Shown piece by piece: positions 14,020 to 30,832 of a stretch of DNA of 64,000 nucleotides. Made by a program: the position numbers and the translations under genes. The stretch lies in NCBI RefSeq assembly GCF_009914755.1, contig NC_060927.1, one strand, 5' to 3'. The first letter of the stretch is position 1. Each line of letters opens with the position of its first letter. Origin of the DNA: the human T2T-CHM13v2.0 reference genome, Homo sapiens. The notes under the pieces were generated by a model, which was given only the letters and a program-made list of their open reading frames with translations, ran no database searches and was not told the DNA's origin.

Positions 14020-15839
14020 AAAGATATAAAATACCTAGGACTATATCTAACTCAGAAGGTGAAAGATCTCTACAAGGAGAACTACATAACAGTGATAAAA
14101 GAAATTATAGATGACATAAACAAATGGAAAAACATTCCATCCTCATGGATTTGAAAAATCAATATCATTAAAATAATCATACTGCCCAAAGCAATCTACA
14201 GACTCAACACTATTCTTATAAATTACCAGTGTTATTTTTCACAGAATTAGAAAAAAATTATTCTAAAATGTATATGAAACCATGAAAGAGACCAAATAGC
14301 CAAATCAACCCTTAGCAAAAAGAACAAAGCTGGAGGCATCACATTACATAACTTCAAACTATAGTATGAAGCTACAGTAACTAGAAAAGCATAGTACTGG
14401 TACAAAAACAGACACATAGACCAATAGAACAGAATGTATAACCTAGAAATAAAGCCACACACCTACCGCCATCTGATCTTTGACAAAGTCAACACAAATA
14501 GGCAATGGGGAAAGGACTCCCTCTATTTAATAGGGAGTCCTTCTGGGATTAGCTGGTTAGCAATATGCAGAAGAATAAAACTGGACCCCTACTGATATGG
14601 TTCGGCTGTGTCCCCACCCAAAATCTTATCTTGAATTGTAATCTCCGTAATTCCCATGTTTCAAGAAAGAGACAAGGTAGAGGTAATTGAATCATGGGAA
14701 CAGTTTCCCCCATGCTGTTCTCATGATAGTGAGTGAGTTTTCACAAGATATGATGGTTTTATAAATTTTGGTAGTTCCTCCCACTTTCATTCTCCTTCCT
14801 CATGCCTTGTAAAGAAGGTGCCTTGCTTCTCCTTCACCTTCCCCCATGATTGTAAGTTTCCTGAAACCTCCCCAGCCATACTAAACTGTGAGTCAATTTA
14901 AACTTCTTTCTAAGTTACCCAGGTTCAGGCAGTTCTTCATAGTAATGTAAGAATGACAAATACACCTACCTTTAATCATATACAAAAATTAATTCAAGAT
15001 GCATTAAAGACTTAAATGTAAGACCTAAAACTACAAGAATTCTAGAAGGAAAGCTAGGAAATACCATTCTGGATATCAGCCAGATCATGAGAGAAATGCA
15101 AATCAAAACCACAGTGAACTACCCTCCCACACCAGTCAGCATGGCAATTATTAAAAAGTCAAAAAACAACAGATCCTGGGGAGGCTGCAGAGAAAAGGGA
15201 ACGCTTATACATTGTTGGTGGAAGTGTAAATTAGTTCAGCCACTGTGGAAAGCAGTTTGGAGATTTCTCAAACTGTCAAAGAACTTAAACCAGAACCATT
15301 ATACAACCCATAAATCCCATTACTGGGTATATACCCAAAGAAATATAAATCTGTCTACCAAAAAGACATATGCACTCACATGTCCTTGCAGATCTATTCA
15401 CAATAGCAAATACTAGAGCCAACCTAGGTGCCCATCAAAAGTAGAGTGGGTAAAGAAAATGTGTTACATATATACACCATGGAATACTATGCAGACATAA
15501 AAAAATGAAATAATTTCCTTTGCAGAAACATGGATACTGCTGGAGACCATTATGCTAAGCAATTAACACAGGAACAGAAAACTGCTTATAAGTGGAAGCT
15601 AAATATCATGTACACATAGACATAAAGATGTCAACAATAGACACTAGGGACTACTAGAAGGGTGAGGGAGGAGAAAGGGGGGCAAGGATTGAAAAATGAA
15701 CTATTGGGTACTACGTTCATTACCTGGGTGATGGGATTAATCATACCCCAAACCTCAGCATCACACAATATACCCACGTAACAAACATGCATATGTACCC
15801 TCTGAATCTAAAATAAAAGTTGAAATTTAAAAAAAAAAG
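14020..15839 (+). mobile_element. L1PB3/4-like 3' part with an internal deletion at ~15080 and a THE1 insertion
   Basis: ORF2-like sequence (REMQIKTT..; [14 protein letters not shown]) and L1PB-type 3'UTR ending GAATCTAAAATAAAAGTTGAAATTT followed by poly-A. Confidence 0.88.
14593..14964 (+). mobile_element. THE1 (THE1C/D-like) solo LTR
   Basis: TGATATGGTTCGGCTGTGTCCCCACCCAAA ... AATACA termini with a perfect 5-bp TSD CCTAC (14588-14592, 14965-14969). Confidence 0.92.
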
Positions 15840-16261
15840 ATTTAGAATGTGATCAAAAAAACAAGCTTGGGGAAACTTAACTTTCAGTCTCATTAGTAGC
15901 CCCTGCCTCTAAGACTCAGCTCAATATACACAGATGGTACCTGAGGATTTTAAATTGCCTTCTCCCTACTAATGCTTGGGGATTGTTATCATAGCAACGT
16001 ACATTTTTTCTCAACATGCTGTACCTTTCCAGAAAGATTCTTCCCCAGGAGCACTATTATTATTCATACAAATAGGCTCCTGGTAAGCCCCCTCTCTGCC
16101 CTTCCAGGAAGCCCTGAACACATCTTAATTTAGAGTGAGCACAACCTTCGTTCTGCTGCAAAGTCAAGATCTGTCATAAACTAGCTCTTACTGACCTTTG
16201 CAGTCAACTATATTTATCTTTTTGTCCAGCTTACCAAACTATTTACTTTGCCCTAGACATG

Positions 16262-16470
16262 CATATATAGATTGGATAAATAGAGGATAGATAGATAGAT
16301 AGATAGATAGATATAGATGGATGATATAGATGATATAGAAAATGTGATACCCATATACACCAAATGTGATACACACACACACACACAATACACACACTGA
16401 GAGAGATATATACAGATATACAGACAAAGGAATATAGATGTGTATATATATATATAGTGTGTGTGTGTAT
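16262..16470. repeat. Compound microsatellite: (GATA)7 at 16286-16313, then (CA)n, (TA)n, (TG)n
   Basis: Directly visible simple repeats. Confidence 0.95.
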
Positions 16471-17084
16471 AAATTTTTCTGCCACAAAACAAAAAACCAA
16501 AGCACCTGGACCACGGATTTTATAAAAATAGAAACACTGGTATATGCAGCCCCTTATTCTCTTTCACTAGGAAGTTTACTCTGGGGTTATTCTTAGAGTT
16601 CATATAACTGTCAGCTAGGAAAATTCTTCTTGTGAATCTAATACTAAATTTTGGACTGCTACTTTAAAATAATTTTAGTTGTTGTTTGCTTTTATAATGT
16701 AATTAATGAAGTTTAGCGAAGACCCAGGTGTGTTGCCTCTCAACTGCAATATTCGTACAGTTTAATGTGTCTGTAATTATTGTACTTGTATATTTCTAAA
16801 ATTACAAAGTCTTATTTGCATGTACTAAAGTGAGATCAAAGAAATAAAGCATTTTGAACAGCATTCTTTGCAAAAGAATACAAATACTCTAGAATTAAAG
16901 CTTTTTTCCTAACTTGCTCATGATGAAGTAGGTAGGGTTTCAGAATACATTAGGAAAATAAAATTCTAAATGTTCTGCAGAGGACACCAGCTCTGGTAAA
17001 TACTTTGCAAAGAAATATCACCATTGGGTTTAAATAGAAAACTGAGAAAGTTAATTATATTAAATAATCTTGGATCAGATAGTC

Positions 17085-17592
17085 TTTATGGTAAATAGCA
17101 TCTTTAGCCCCAATTCTTCACATTTGCCCCCTATATCCACACGTTTTGCCATGTGACTTTACAGTTACTTGAACTAAAAATGTAACTTGCTTTGGTTAGT
17201 AGATAAATTAGATAAAAATAAAATTTCATTTCATTTCCAGCCTAAGTCTTAAAACACCTTGTGTTTTTCTGTTTGCATTATTGTGTTCCTGCCATCTCTG
17301 TGAAAAATGTATGTGTGAGCTTGCCCACTAGTCCCAAGAGATGATGAACATGTGAAGCAAATCCACTCAGTCAAGCTGCTCCAATCAACCAGCCTAGATC
17401 AATAGCCCAGCAACCACAGACACATGAGTGAGTCCAGTCAAGATCCACAAAGCAAGCTGATCAATCCAAGCCTGAATCGTCAGCTGACTCCTATACTCCC
17501 AGCTAATCTGCAGGTGCATTAGAAAAATAATGCTTGTTATTGGACACTGAGATTTTGTGGTTATTTTTTATGAAACAACAGTTAACTGATAT
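17085..17592 (+). mobile_element. Old MLT1-family MaLR LTR
   Basis: TTTGCCATGTGACTTTACAG, TTCCAGCCTAAGTCTTAAAA and 3' ACTGAGATTTTGTGGTTATTTTTTATG..AACTGATA resemble MLT1G/H. Confidence 0.6.
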
Positions 17593-17802
17593 GGTCTAAT
17601 AGAATGTATAAACATTAGAATTATATGCTTAAATTTCATTTATGAATTAAATTTCATTCATTTTCAATAATTTCATTGAAAATATTGAAAAGGTGGTATT
17701 TCCTTGCTTAGTTTTAAATTAACTGTTGTAGACTCAGCTGTGTGCAGCTTACTAGAAATTAAATCTTTATGAATATAAAATAAATGTACAAGAATAAAAG
17801 AT

Positions 17803-20800
17803 GAGAGAGGGGCAGAACAAGATGGCTAAGTAGAGGGCTCCACGAATCATCCCCCCAAGCAGGAACACCAATTTTGCAATTGTCTATACAAAGGGAGCAC
17901 CTTCATAGGAACTAAAAATCAGGTGAACACTCGCAGTGCCTGGCTTGAATTCACATCACTGAAAAGGGGACTGAAGAGGATAGGAAATACAGTCTTGAAT
18001 TACTGATACCACCCCTTCCTTGTCCTCTGGCAATGGCCATATGGCATGAAGAATCCATGCACTTGGGAAAGGGAGAGAGCAATGATCTCAAAGGAAGACT
18101 TTGCCCCAACTCACCAACCATTCCACAGCACTCCAAATCAGGAAGTGATCATTCATCTCTAAATTGTGTAGTCCGGGTGAACTTTTTAGAAGGCAAAGAT
18201 GTAGATATAGCAACTCGACAGCTACCTTTAACAATTTACCTAAGTACCATGTTAATCTGGCCACTACCCAAATAGAGATTCAGTAAGAGATAGACAAGTC
18301 AATGTCTTAGCATTGAATTCAGTGCTGCCCTGTTACAATACAAAGCAAAACAAGGCTGAATGCAGCTGATGCCCACCCATGGAGGGAGCATTTGGACTAG
18401 CTCTAGCCAGAGGGCCATCCCCGTGGGGAGCCTGAGTTCCAGCAAGCCTTGCCACTTTAGGCTGAAGGGCTCTGAGGTCCTAATTGAACTTGAGGGGCAG
18501 TCTAGGCCACAAGGACTGCAATTCCTAGGCAAGTTGAAGTACTGAGCTGGGCTCAAAGCCAGTGGGCTTTCGGGGCACTCAAACTACTGAGATATCAGCA
18601 GAGACAGCTAAGGGAATGCTTGGACCACCCATCCCCTAACCCAAAGTTATATAGCTTGCAGCTCCAAAATAGACCCCTTCCTTCTGTTTGAGGAGAGGAG
18701 AATGAGGAGTAAACAGAATTTTCTCTTGCATCTTGGGTACCAGCTCAGCCACAGAAGTATAGGACACCAGTCAGGATCATGAGGTTCCCATTCCAGGACC
18801 TAAGCTACTGGACAGCATTTCTAGACAAACTCTGAGACAGAAAGCAACCTGCTGCCTTGAAGGGAAGGACCCATCCTGGCAGAGTTTATAACCTACTGAC
18901 AAAAGAGCCCCTTGGCCCTAAGAAGCAGCAGTGATACCGAAGTAGTATGCCTTGGCCTTGGGTGAGATTCTGAGACATGCTGGCTTCAGGTAAGAAGCCA
19001 GCATATTCCCATACTTCCATACTCTGATGGCTGCAGATGGGGACTCCTTCTGCTTGAGAAAAGCAGAGAGAAAACCAAAGGGGACTTTGTCTTGCACCAC
19101 AGGTACCAGTTGGGCCACAGTGGAGAAGAGCACCAAGCAGGCTCTTGGAGTCCCTGATTCCAGGCCTTGACTCTTGGACAGCATTTCTGGACCTGCCCTG
19201 GGTGAAAGGGGAGCCCACTGCCCTGAAGGGTGAGTCCCAGGCCTGACAGCAATAATCATAAGCTGACTGAAGAGCCCTTGGGCCTTAAGTGAATATTGGA
19301 AGTAGTCTGGCAGTACTCCTCATAGGCCTGTAATGGTGGTAACCACAGGGTGAGATTCCTCTGCCTATGGAGAGGGCAAGGAAGACTGGGAAGAACTGTG
19401 TCATGTGGTTTGAATGCAAGCTCAGCTACAGTAGAATAGAACATCAGTTAGGTTTCTAAGTTTTCTGGTTCCTGGATGGCATCTCTGGACCTGCCCAGGG
19501 ACTCGGGGAACTCACCACCTGAAGGGAAGGATACAAGCCTGATGTGCTTCATTACCTTCTGATTATAGAGCCCTAGGTCCTTGAGCAAACATAGACAGTA
19601 ACCAGGTAGTGGTTAAAGCGAGCCTTGGGTGATACCCAGTTCTGTGCTGGCTTCAGGTCTGACCCAGCACAGTCTCAGTGGTGGTAGCCACAGAGCTACT
19701 TGTGTCATGCCACTCCCAGCTCCACGTGGTTCAGCACAGAGAGAGAGAGAGAGAGACTTCATTTGTTTGGGGAAAAGAACAAGTGTCTCTGCCTAGTAAT
19801 CCAGATAATTCTTCTGAATCTTATCAGAGACTCTACAAGAACCACAACATTACTGGGCTTGGTGTGCCCCCTAATGCAGATATAGCTTACATCACAACAC
19901 TAAAGTCCTCTTGAATACCAGGAAAGCCTTCACATGGAGGATGGGTGCAAAGAAGTGCAGACAGTGAAGACTACAACAACTGCCTAACTCTTCAATGCTC
20001 AGACACTGATGAACATCTACAAGCATCAAGATCATCCAGAAAACCAAAACCTTACCAAATGAACTACATAAGGTACCAGGGACCAAATCTGGTGAAATGG
20101 AGCTATGTGACTTTTCAGATAGAGAGTTCAAAATAACTTTTTTGAGGAAACTCAAAGAAATTCAAGATAACACAAAGAAGGAATTTGGAATTCTATTAGA
20201 TAAATTTAACAAAGAGATTGAAATAACTAAAAAGAATCAAGCAGAAATTCTGGAGCTAAAAAAATGCAATGGACATACTGAAGAATGCATCAGAGTCTCT
20301 TAATTATAGAATGAATCAAGCAGAAGAAAGAATCAGTGAGTTTGAAGGAATGAAGCATGACTACAAGATCTAGAAAATAGCATCAAAACTCCAAAAGGTC
20401 AAGGATAAATAACTCCTAAAAGCAGCGAGAGAAAATAAACAAATAATATACAATAGAGTTCCAATGCTTTTGACAGCAGACATTTCAGTGGAAACCTCAC
20501 AGGCCAAGACAGAGTGGTATGACATAGTCCAAGTATTTAAGGGAAAAACATGTTTACCCTAGAATAGTATATCCAGTCAAAAGTTATTCAAAAAGGAAGA
20601 AGAAATAAGGACTTTCTCATGCAAAAAAAAAAGAAGCTGAAAAGTTTCCTCAACACCAGACCTGTCTGACAAGAAATGCTAATGGGAGAACTTCGACCAA
20701 AAAGAAAAGGACATTAATGAGCAATAAATAATCATCTGAAGGTACAAAACTCACTGGTAATAGTAAGTACACAGAAAAACACAGAATATTATAGCACTAT

Positions 20801-21443
20801 AACTGTAGTGTGTAAACTACTACTATCATTTAAAAAGACTAAACAGTAAACCAAACAAAAATAATAACTACAACAACTACTCAAGACATAGACAGTACAA
20901 TAAGCTATAAATAGAAATAACAAAAAGTTAAAAAGTTGACAGATGAAGTTACAGAGCACCAATTTTATCAGCTTTTTTTTTTTTTGCTCATTTGCTTGTG
21001 CAAGCAGTGTTAAGTTGTTATCAGCTTAAAATAATGAGTTATAAGATAATATTTGCAGACTTCATGGTAACCTCAAATAGACATTTCTCTTCTTTTATCA
21101 TGACCAAGTGGGGTTTATCCCTCAAATGGGAGGATGATTCAACACACACAAATCAGTCAGTGTGATACATCATTTCAACAGAAAGAAGAAGAAAAACCAT
21201 ATGATTATTTCAATGGATGCTGAAAAACATTTGATAAAATTCAACATCCCTTCAGGATCAAACCCCTCAAAAAACTGAGTATAGATGGATCATATCTCAA
21301 CAAAATAAAAGTCACGTATGACAGACCCACAGCTAGTATCATACTGAACGGGAAAAAATAGAAAGCCTTTACTCTAAGATCTGGAAAATGAAAAGGATGC
21401 CCATTGTCATCACCGTGATTCAACATAGTACTGGAAGTCCTAA
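17803..21443 (+). mobile_element. L1M1/L1MA-like 5' part: long 5'UTR with ~300-360 bp subrepeats, ORF1 remnant, inter-ORF, RT fragment after a large deletion
   Basis: Starts GGGGCAGAACAAGATGGCT. Subrepeats at ~18810, ~19177 and ~19474 (GGA..GCAT.TCT.GAC ... TGAAGGG). ORF1 fragment 20097..20303 (CDFSDREFKITFLRKLKEIQDNT). RT-region DNA from ~21100. Confidence 0.85.
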
Positions 21444-22233
21444 TGTTACGGGATTCTTGGGGTGTTACTTTTCTGACCAGGAACCTCTGTGTCCAGTGGT
21501 GCCTTTGCTCGAGTTTTGCTTGGGCCTGCTGGGCTCATTCCACCCTCTCAGTCTGGCAGGCTGCACTCAGCTCATGCTACCAACCTGGATCCCATGCCTC
21601 CAAGGGAGACTGCAAATCAAGTGTGGCGTGGTGGTGCGGGGGTGTGAGTGAGCATGGAGTCCGGCCACTGCATACAGACACACTGGCTGCTGGGTAGGCA
21701 GCTCTAGGTGCTGGCATGGGCACTGGCTCTCTGTGAGGCTCTGGCTGGACCAGGTGCACCACAAGCAACTTCCTCAGCTAGCACTGGAGAATGAGGTGGC
21801 TCCTGGAAGCTTGAAGATGCCAGGAATCACAGGGCTCCAAAGAGGGAGTCACAGCCCTGGCTCAGGGAAGCTCCAGGTCTGGGCTTCCTGAAGGGCTGCA
21901 GCTCTTCCCTCCTTCTCTTTGCTCTCAATGTGGTGAGCAAGGGGCATGTTTCAGCCCTGTTTGTGTTACAGCCCCGTTTGTGTTACAGCTCTTTTAGCCT
22001 CATCATTCAGCAGGTCCCAAGTTCTTGTCCTGTGACCAGGAAGAATGAAGTATGCAGACAAGTGGAGGGTAAGCAAGACAAAGAGTTTTATTGAGCAATA
22101 GAACAGCTCAGAGGAGACCAGCAGTGGGCAGTGGGTAGCTCCTCTTCATAGCCAGGGTGTCCCAATGAGTGTTCAGCTCTCAGCAGACAGGGTGGCTCCT
22201 CTCTGCAGCTGGTTGTCCCCTCATCTCTTCAGT
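21444..22233 (-). mobile_element. MER52-like ERV1 LTR, truncated
   Basis: Terminus TGTTACGGGATTCTTGGGGTG (reverse of ...CACCCCAAGAATCCCGTAACA), GC-rich body and a TTTTATTGAG reversed poly-A signal region. Confidence 0.7.
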
Positions 22234-22998
22234 TGTTTTGCTTACTATAGCTCTGTAGTATAATTTGAAACAGCGTGGTACTGGCATAAACACGACAGCA
22301 TGGTACTGGCATAGACCAGTGGAAAAGAATAGAAAAGGCCAAAACAAATCCATACATCTGCAGTGAACTCATTTTTGACAATGGTACCAAGAACATACAC
22401 TGGGGAAGGGACAGATTCTTCAATAAATGGCACTGGGAAAACTGGAAATTCATATGCAGAAGAATGAGAATAGACCCCTCTCACCATATAGAAAAATCAA
22501 ATCAATATAGATTAAAGAATTAAATCTAAGACCGTAATCTGTGAAACTACTACAAGAAAACATTGGGGAAATTCTCCAGGACATTGGAGTGGGCAATAGT
22601 TTCATTGGTAATACCCCACAAGTACAGGCAACCAAAGTAAAACTGGACAAAGGGGATCATATCAAGTTTAAAAGCTTCTGCACAGAAAAAGAAACAATCA
22701 ACAAAATGAAGAGACAGCAAACAGAATGGGAGAAAATATTTGCAAACTATCCATCTGACAGGGGTTTAATAATCAGAATATATAAGGAGCTCAAACAATT
22801 CTATTTTAAAAATGTAATAATTTGATTTTTAAATGGGCAAAAGGTCTAAATAGACATTTCTCAAAAGAAGACATGCAAATGGCAAACAGGTATATGGAAA
22901 AGTGCTCAACATCACTGATCATCACAGAAATGCACACAAAAACTACAGTGAGATATCATCTCACCCCAGTTAAAATGTCTTTTAACCAAAACACAGGA
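22234..22998 (+). mobile_element. L1MA/PB ORF2 3' fragment with a ~35 bp inverted 5' tip
   Basis: ORFs 22541..22825 and 22822..23016 match ORF2p ([15 protein letters not shown]; [18 protein letters not shown]). Confidence 0.87.
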
Positions 22999-23013
22999 GG
23001 ACCCAAGCCAGTC

Positions 23014-23427
23014 TGATATGGTTTGAATGTCTGTTGCCTCCAAATCTCATGTTGAAATGTTGGAGGTGAGGCCTGGTGGGAGGTGAATGGATCATGAGGG
23101 CAGATCTCTCATGAATGGTTTAGCATCATCCTCTTGATGATAAGTGAGTTCTCACTCAGTTAGTTTACACAAGCTCTGGTTGTTTAAAAGAGTCTGGACT
23201 TCCCCTTTCTCTCTCACTCTTGATCCTGCTCTTGCCATGTGACATGATGGCTCCCCTTCACCTTCCACCATGACTGGAAGCTTCCTGAGACTCTCACCAG
23301 AAGCAGATGCTGGCACTATGCCTCATGTACTGTCTGAAGAACTGTAAGCCAATTAAATCTCTTTGCTGAAAATAAATCACCCAATCTCAGGTATTTCTTT
23401 ATAGCAACATAAAAATGGACTAACGCA
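23014..23427 (+). mobile_element. MSTB-like solo LTR
   Basis: TGATATGGTTTGAATGTC..CCTCCAAATCTCATGTTGAAATG ... CTCAGGTATTTCTTTATAGCAAC..AATGGACTAACGCA. Confidence 0.88.
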
Positions 23428-24045
23428 CACTTTGCCTAGAAATCTCCTCAGCTAAATATTCAGTGTCATCACTCACAGTTTCTACCGTACACAAAACACT
23501 GTAACACAGTTCACTGAAGTTCTTTGCCACTTTATAACAAGAATCACCTTTCCCCAAGTTTCCAATAACATATTCATTTCTTAGACTTCACAAGAATCAC
23601 TCTTAATGTTCATATTTCTAGCAAGTACCTCAAAACTATTCCACCTGCTACCCATTACTCAGTTTCAAAGCCACTTCCACATGTATTTTTTACAACAGCA
23701 CCCCACTTCTCAGTACCAAAATCTGTATTAGTCAGTTCATGCTCCCATAACAAAATACCATCGACTGAGTGGCTTAAACAAAAGAAGTTTATTTATCACA
23801 ATTTTAGAGGCTGAAAATCTGAGATTACAGTGCCAGTATGGTCAGGTTCTTGCGGAGGCTCTCTTCCTGGTTTGCAGATGACTGCCCTTTCACTGTGTTC
23901 TCATGTAACAGAGAGAGAGAGCACTCTCTCTGGTGTCTCTTTTTATAAGGGCACTAATTCCATCATGGGGGCCCCACACTCAAGACCTCATCTAAACCTA
24001 ATTATATCCCACAGGTCCCATCTTCAAATACCATCATATTGGGCA
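23428..24045 (-). mobile_element. MLT1A-like LTR (23724-24045) with adjacent MaLR internal sequence
   Basis: TGTATTAGTCAG..GCTCCCATAACAAAATACCATCGACTGAGTGGCTTAAACAA preceded by CAGCACCCCACTTCTCAGTACCAAAATC, the typical MaLR LTR-internal junction. Confidence 0.8.
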
Positions 24046-24199
24046 ACACTTTTAGTATTTGAGGAAAGTTAGTAGGCCATTCTTTCCTCATCCATTTTTG
24101 GAGACTTTGGTATTTTATCAGTCCCTTAGAACAAAGCTCAGTGTAAGACATAAAGGGTCAATGAAGAGCCCTGTATCCAAAATCAGGAAAGCTGATACT

Positions 24200-24440
24200 T
24201 AAGGTTGGCTCACTCAACATCTATTTCACACTCCTTTTATATTCCTTTCTCAATTACAGTAGATGGAAGGCTAAAAGCTCAACCTTGCAGATTCTCTTGT
24301 GGTTAAAGGGGCCATATAGATTCAGCGTTGGCCAATTAAATATAAGCAGAAGTGTGCTATCTCTTCATCTTCCACGAAACTGAAGGTGAAGGAGTCTGTT
24401 TTTTTGATGGCATCAGGGAACTCCACTCCCATCCCTAAAC
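24200..24440 (+). mobile_element. Degenerate ERVL-type LTR fragment (LTR33/LTR16-like)
   Basis: GGAAGGCTAAAAGCTCAACCTTGCAGATTCTCTTG...TGGCCAATTAAATATAAGCAGAAGT resembles this group. Confidence 0.4.
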
Positions 24441-25224
24441 CATCTGTCTCAAAATCTCTTATTGTTTTGGACGGAAAAAAATTAATTATACCCTTTATTT
24501 TTAAATGCCTATAGATTTCTGTTAAAATGCCAATGAATAGAATCTTGCCTTTAAATCCATGTTTGAGTCCTAAGTCTGACATTGTCTGTATGCATTTAAG
24601 CAAGCATGTATATACTGTCTTTTTTCCTTTATGTTAATTGTGGGTGCTGGATTAGATACTCTAGATCTTTTTCAAGGGCTCATATTTCACACTTGGATTT
24701 TCTTATGAAAGTATCTCTTCTAATTAATCTCTTTTTAATCTCAAATAACCCATCTGAAAACCAGTTTCATTCCTTTAATTTACCTTTACTCATTTGAATA
24801 ACATTTGTTGGACCTAGCCTACTGTCTTATGCATGGAAAATCCTTAAAAGGTAATTGCTGAACTTAATATAGTTAGAAAGGCTACAATAGAATAATATTA
24901 CTTATCTATGTTATCTCCTTCTGGATTACCCTTCTCTAATCTTCAGCAGCTTGCTAAATAAAACAAGACTTGCAAACAATTACATTATGTTGGCTCTTCA
25001 GGTTTTCACACTTGTAGCCTCATTATATCTTCAAGATTCTTTTCCTAGAACATCTTTCCATGTCACAAATAAGTGTAGTTTAATTATAGCAAGTTTAGAT
25101 ATTAGAGAAATATACCAATTTTGATGTATTTGCAGCCAGAATTTTTTATTCTATATATTACAAACTTGAGATAATGCTGGAAGAGTACTTTTTTTTCAAT
25201 TTAATATTTTATCATAATATCCTA

Positions 25225-25551
<327 letters not shown>

Positions 25552-26953
25552 TTTTAATTTTTTTAAAAAATTAGTAATATTTCCTGAGGAAGATTTTTCC
25601 CAAGAAAAGTATTTTATTAATGAATTATATAGAACATTAAGCACAGAAAAAATTATGATTTTCTGAGATTATATAGCAAGTTATTTAAGATTACTGATTC
25701 CTCCTTACCTTTTTTCACTGAAATATGAAGTAGATGTCCCCCAAAATAATGATGCTAATAATCAATCATTGTGACATATATCGCATAAAACTCAATTTGT
25801 CACATCAAATTCTCAAACAAATTACACAGAAGATACATAGGTAAGAAGTAGATACATAATAAATATGTATGTATGTATGTATGAATGAACGGATGTACGA
25901 ATTCAATGAGTGGATGGATGGATTTGATGAATCCGAGCCAGACTGCTTTTTCCATTAGGGAAAATAGCTACAGTTTACATTAGAGAATGGTATCTGGGAA
26001 AAGATTAAAAACTTATTATTTCCTTTATGCTTCAGAGCTAAAACAGGGAGCTTGATACAGTCCTTAGAATCCATGAACGACTTGACAGGAATATATCTTT
26101 TACCAAATCCAAAGTTATCCCAGCTGCATTTCACTGGCCGAGCTCATGCTGTTGCAGAAACACTGTAACCAATACAAGAAGCCACTGAAAAGCTTGGTGC
26201 AGTACAAATAAATACTAATAGTGATATGCATGCCATTAGCATTTGTACCACATTCTGCCTCCTGCATAATGGTAAACAAAAATGTTTGTTCCTTCTAACC
26301 CTAACTAACTCTAGATAACTTCATTTCTGGAGAAGGTATTTGGATACCAAGTAAAATCAATTATAATATCTGAAACACAGAAACTTACGCATTAGGAATA
26401 AACTTTTGATATTGTAAAGAAAGAGACATTCAGAAAAGGAATTCAAGAGTATCTACCTTGCTATACCTGGAGGAAGAAACTACAATTCTCTCTAGTGATC
26501 TCTTTGTGCCATATACATTACCTGCTATACTAGCTTGTGGTGCCAGTAAGACATGCTCTCTTACACAACTATGTTCCATCACTTCATTCAATAATATTTA
26601 AGTATATAAGTGTTAAATATTTACGGCTTAAATGATAAAGACTCCTTTAAGAATCACAATAATATTGTCAAGTTAAAAATTAACATTTTATGCAATTATA
26701 GAGGCAGTAAGAAAGAAAAAGAAATTAGCATTAATTTCTTTTTATTATTATTATACTTTAAGTTCTGGGACACATGTGCACAACGTGCAGGTTTGTCACA
26801 TTGGTATACTTGTGCCATGTTGGTTTGCTGCAACCACCAACTCATCATTTACATTAGGTATTTCTCCTAATGTTATTCCACCCCCAGGTCCCCACCCCCT
26901 AAGAGACCCCGGTGTGTGAAGTTCCCCTCCCTGTGTCCACGTGTTCTCATTGT

Positions 26954-30769
<3,816 letters not shown>

Positions 30770-30832
30770 TATGATCCTAGCTGGTTATTTTGCCAGTTAG
30801 TTGATGCAGTTTCTTCATAGCATAAATGGTCT

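Noticed and set aside
16239-16514. Three overlapping Tyr/Ile/Cys-rich ORFs
   Set aside because: Translations of microsatellite sequence.
18780-19640. Three ~300-360 bp diverged tandem units
   Set aside because: Consistent with the intrinsic subrepeat structure of old L1M 5'UTRs rather than a new repeat.
26015-26215. Acceptor-like TTTCCTTTATGCTTCAG followed by a short open frame and AATAAA
   Set aside because: No recognisable protein or partner exons; such signals are common by chance in AT-rich DNA.
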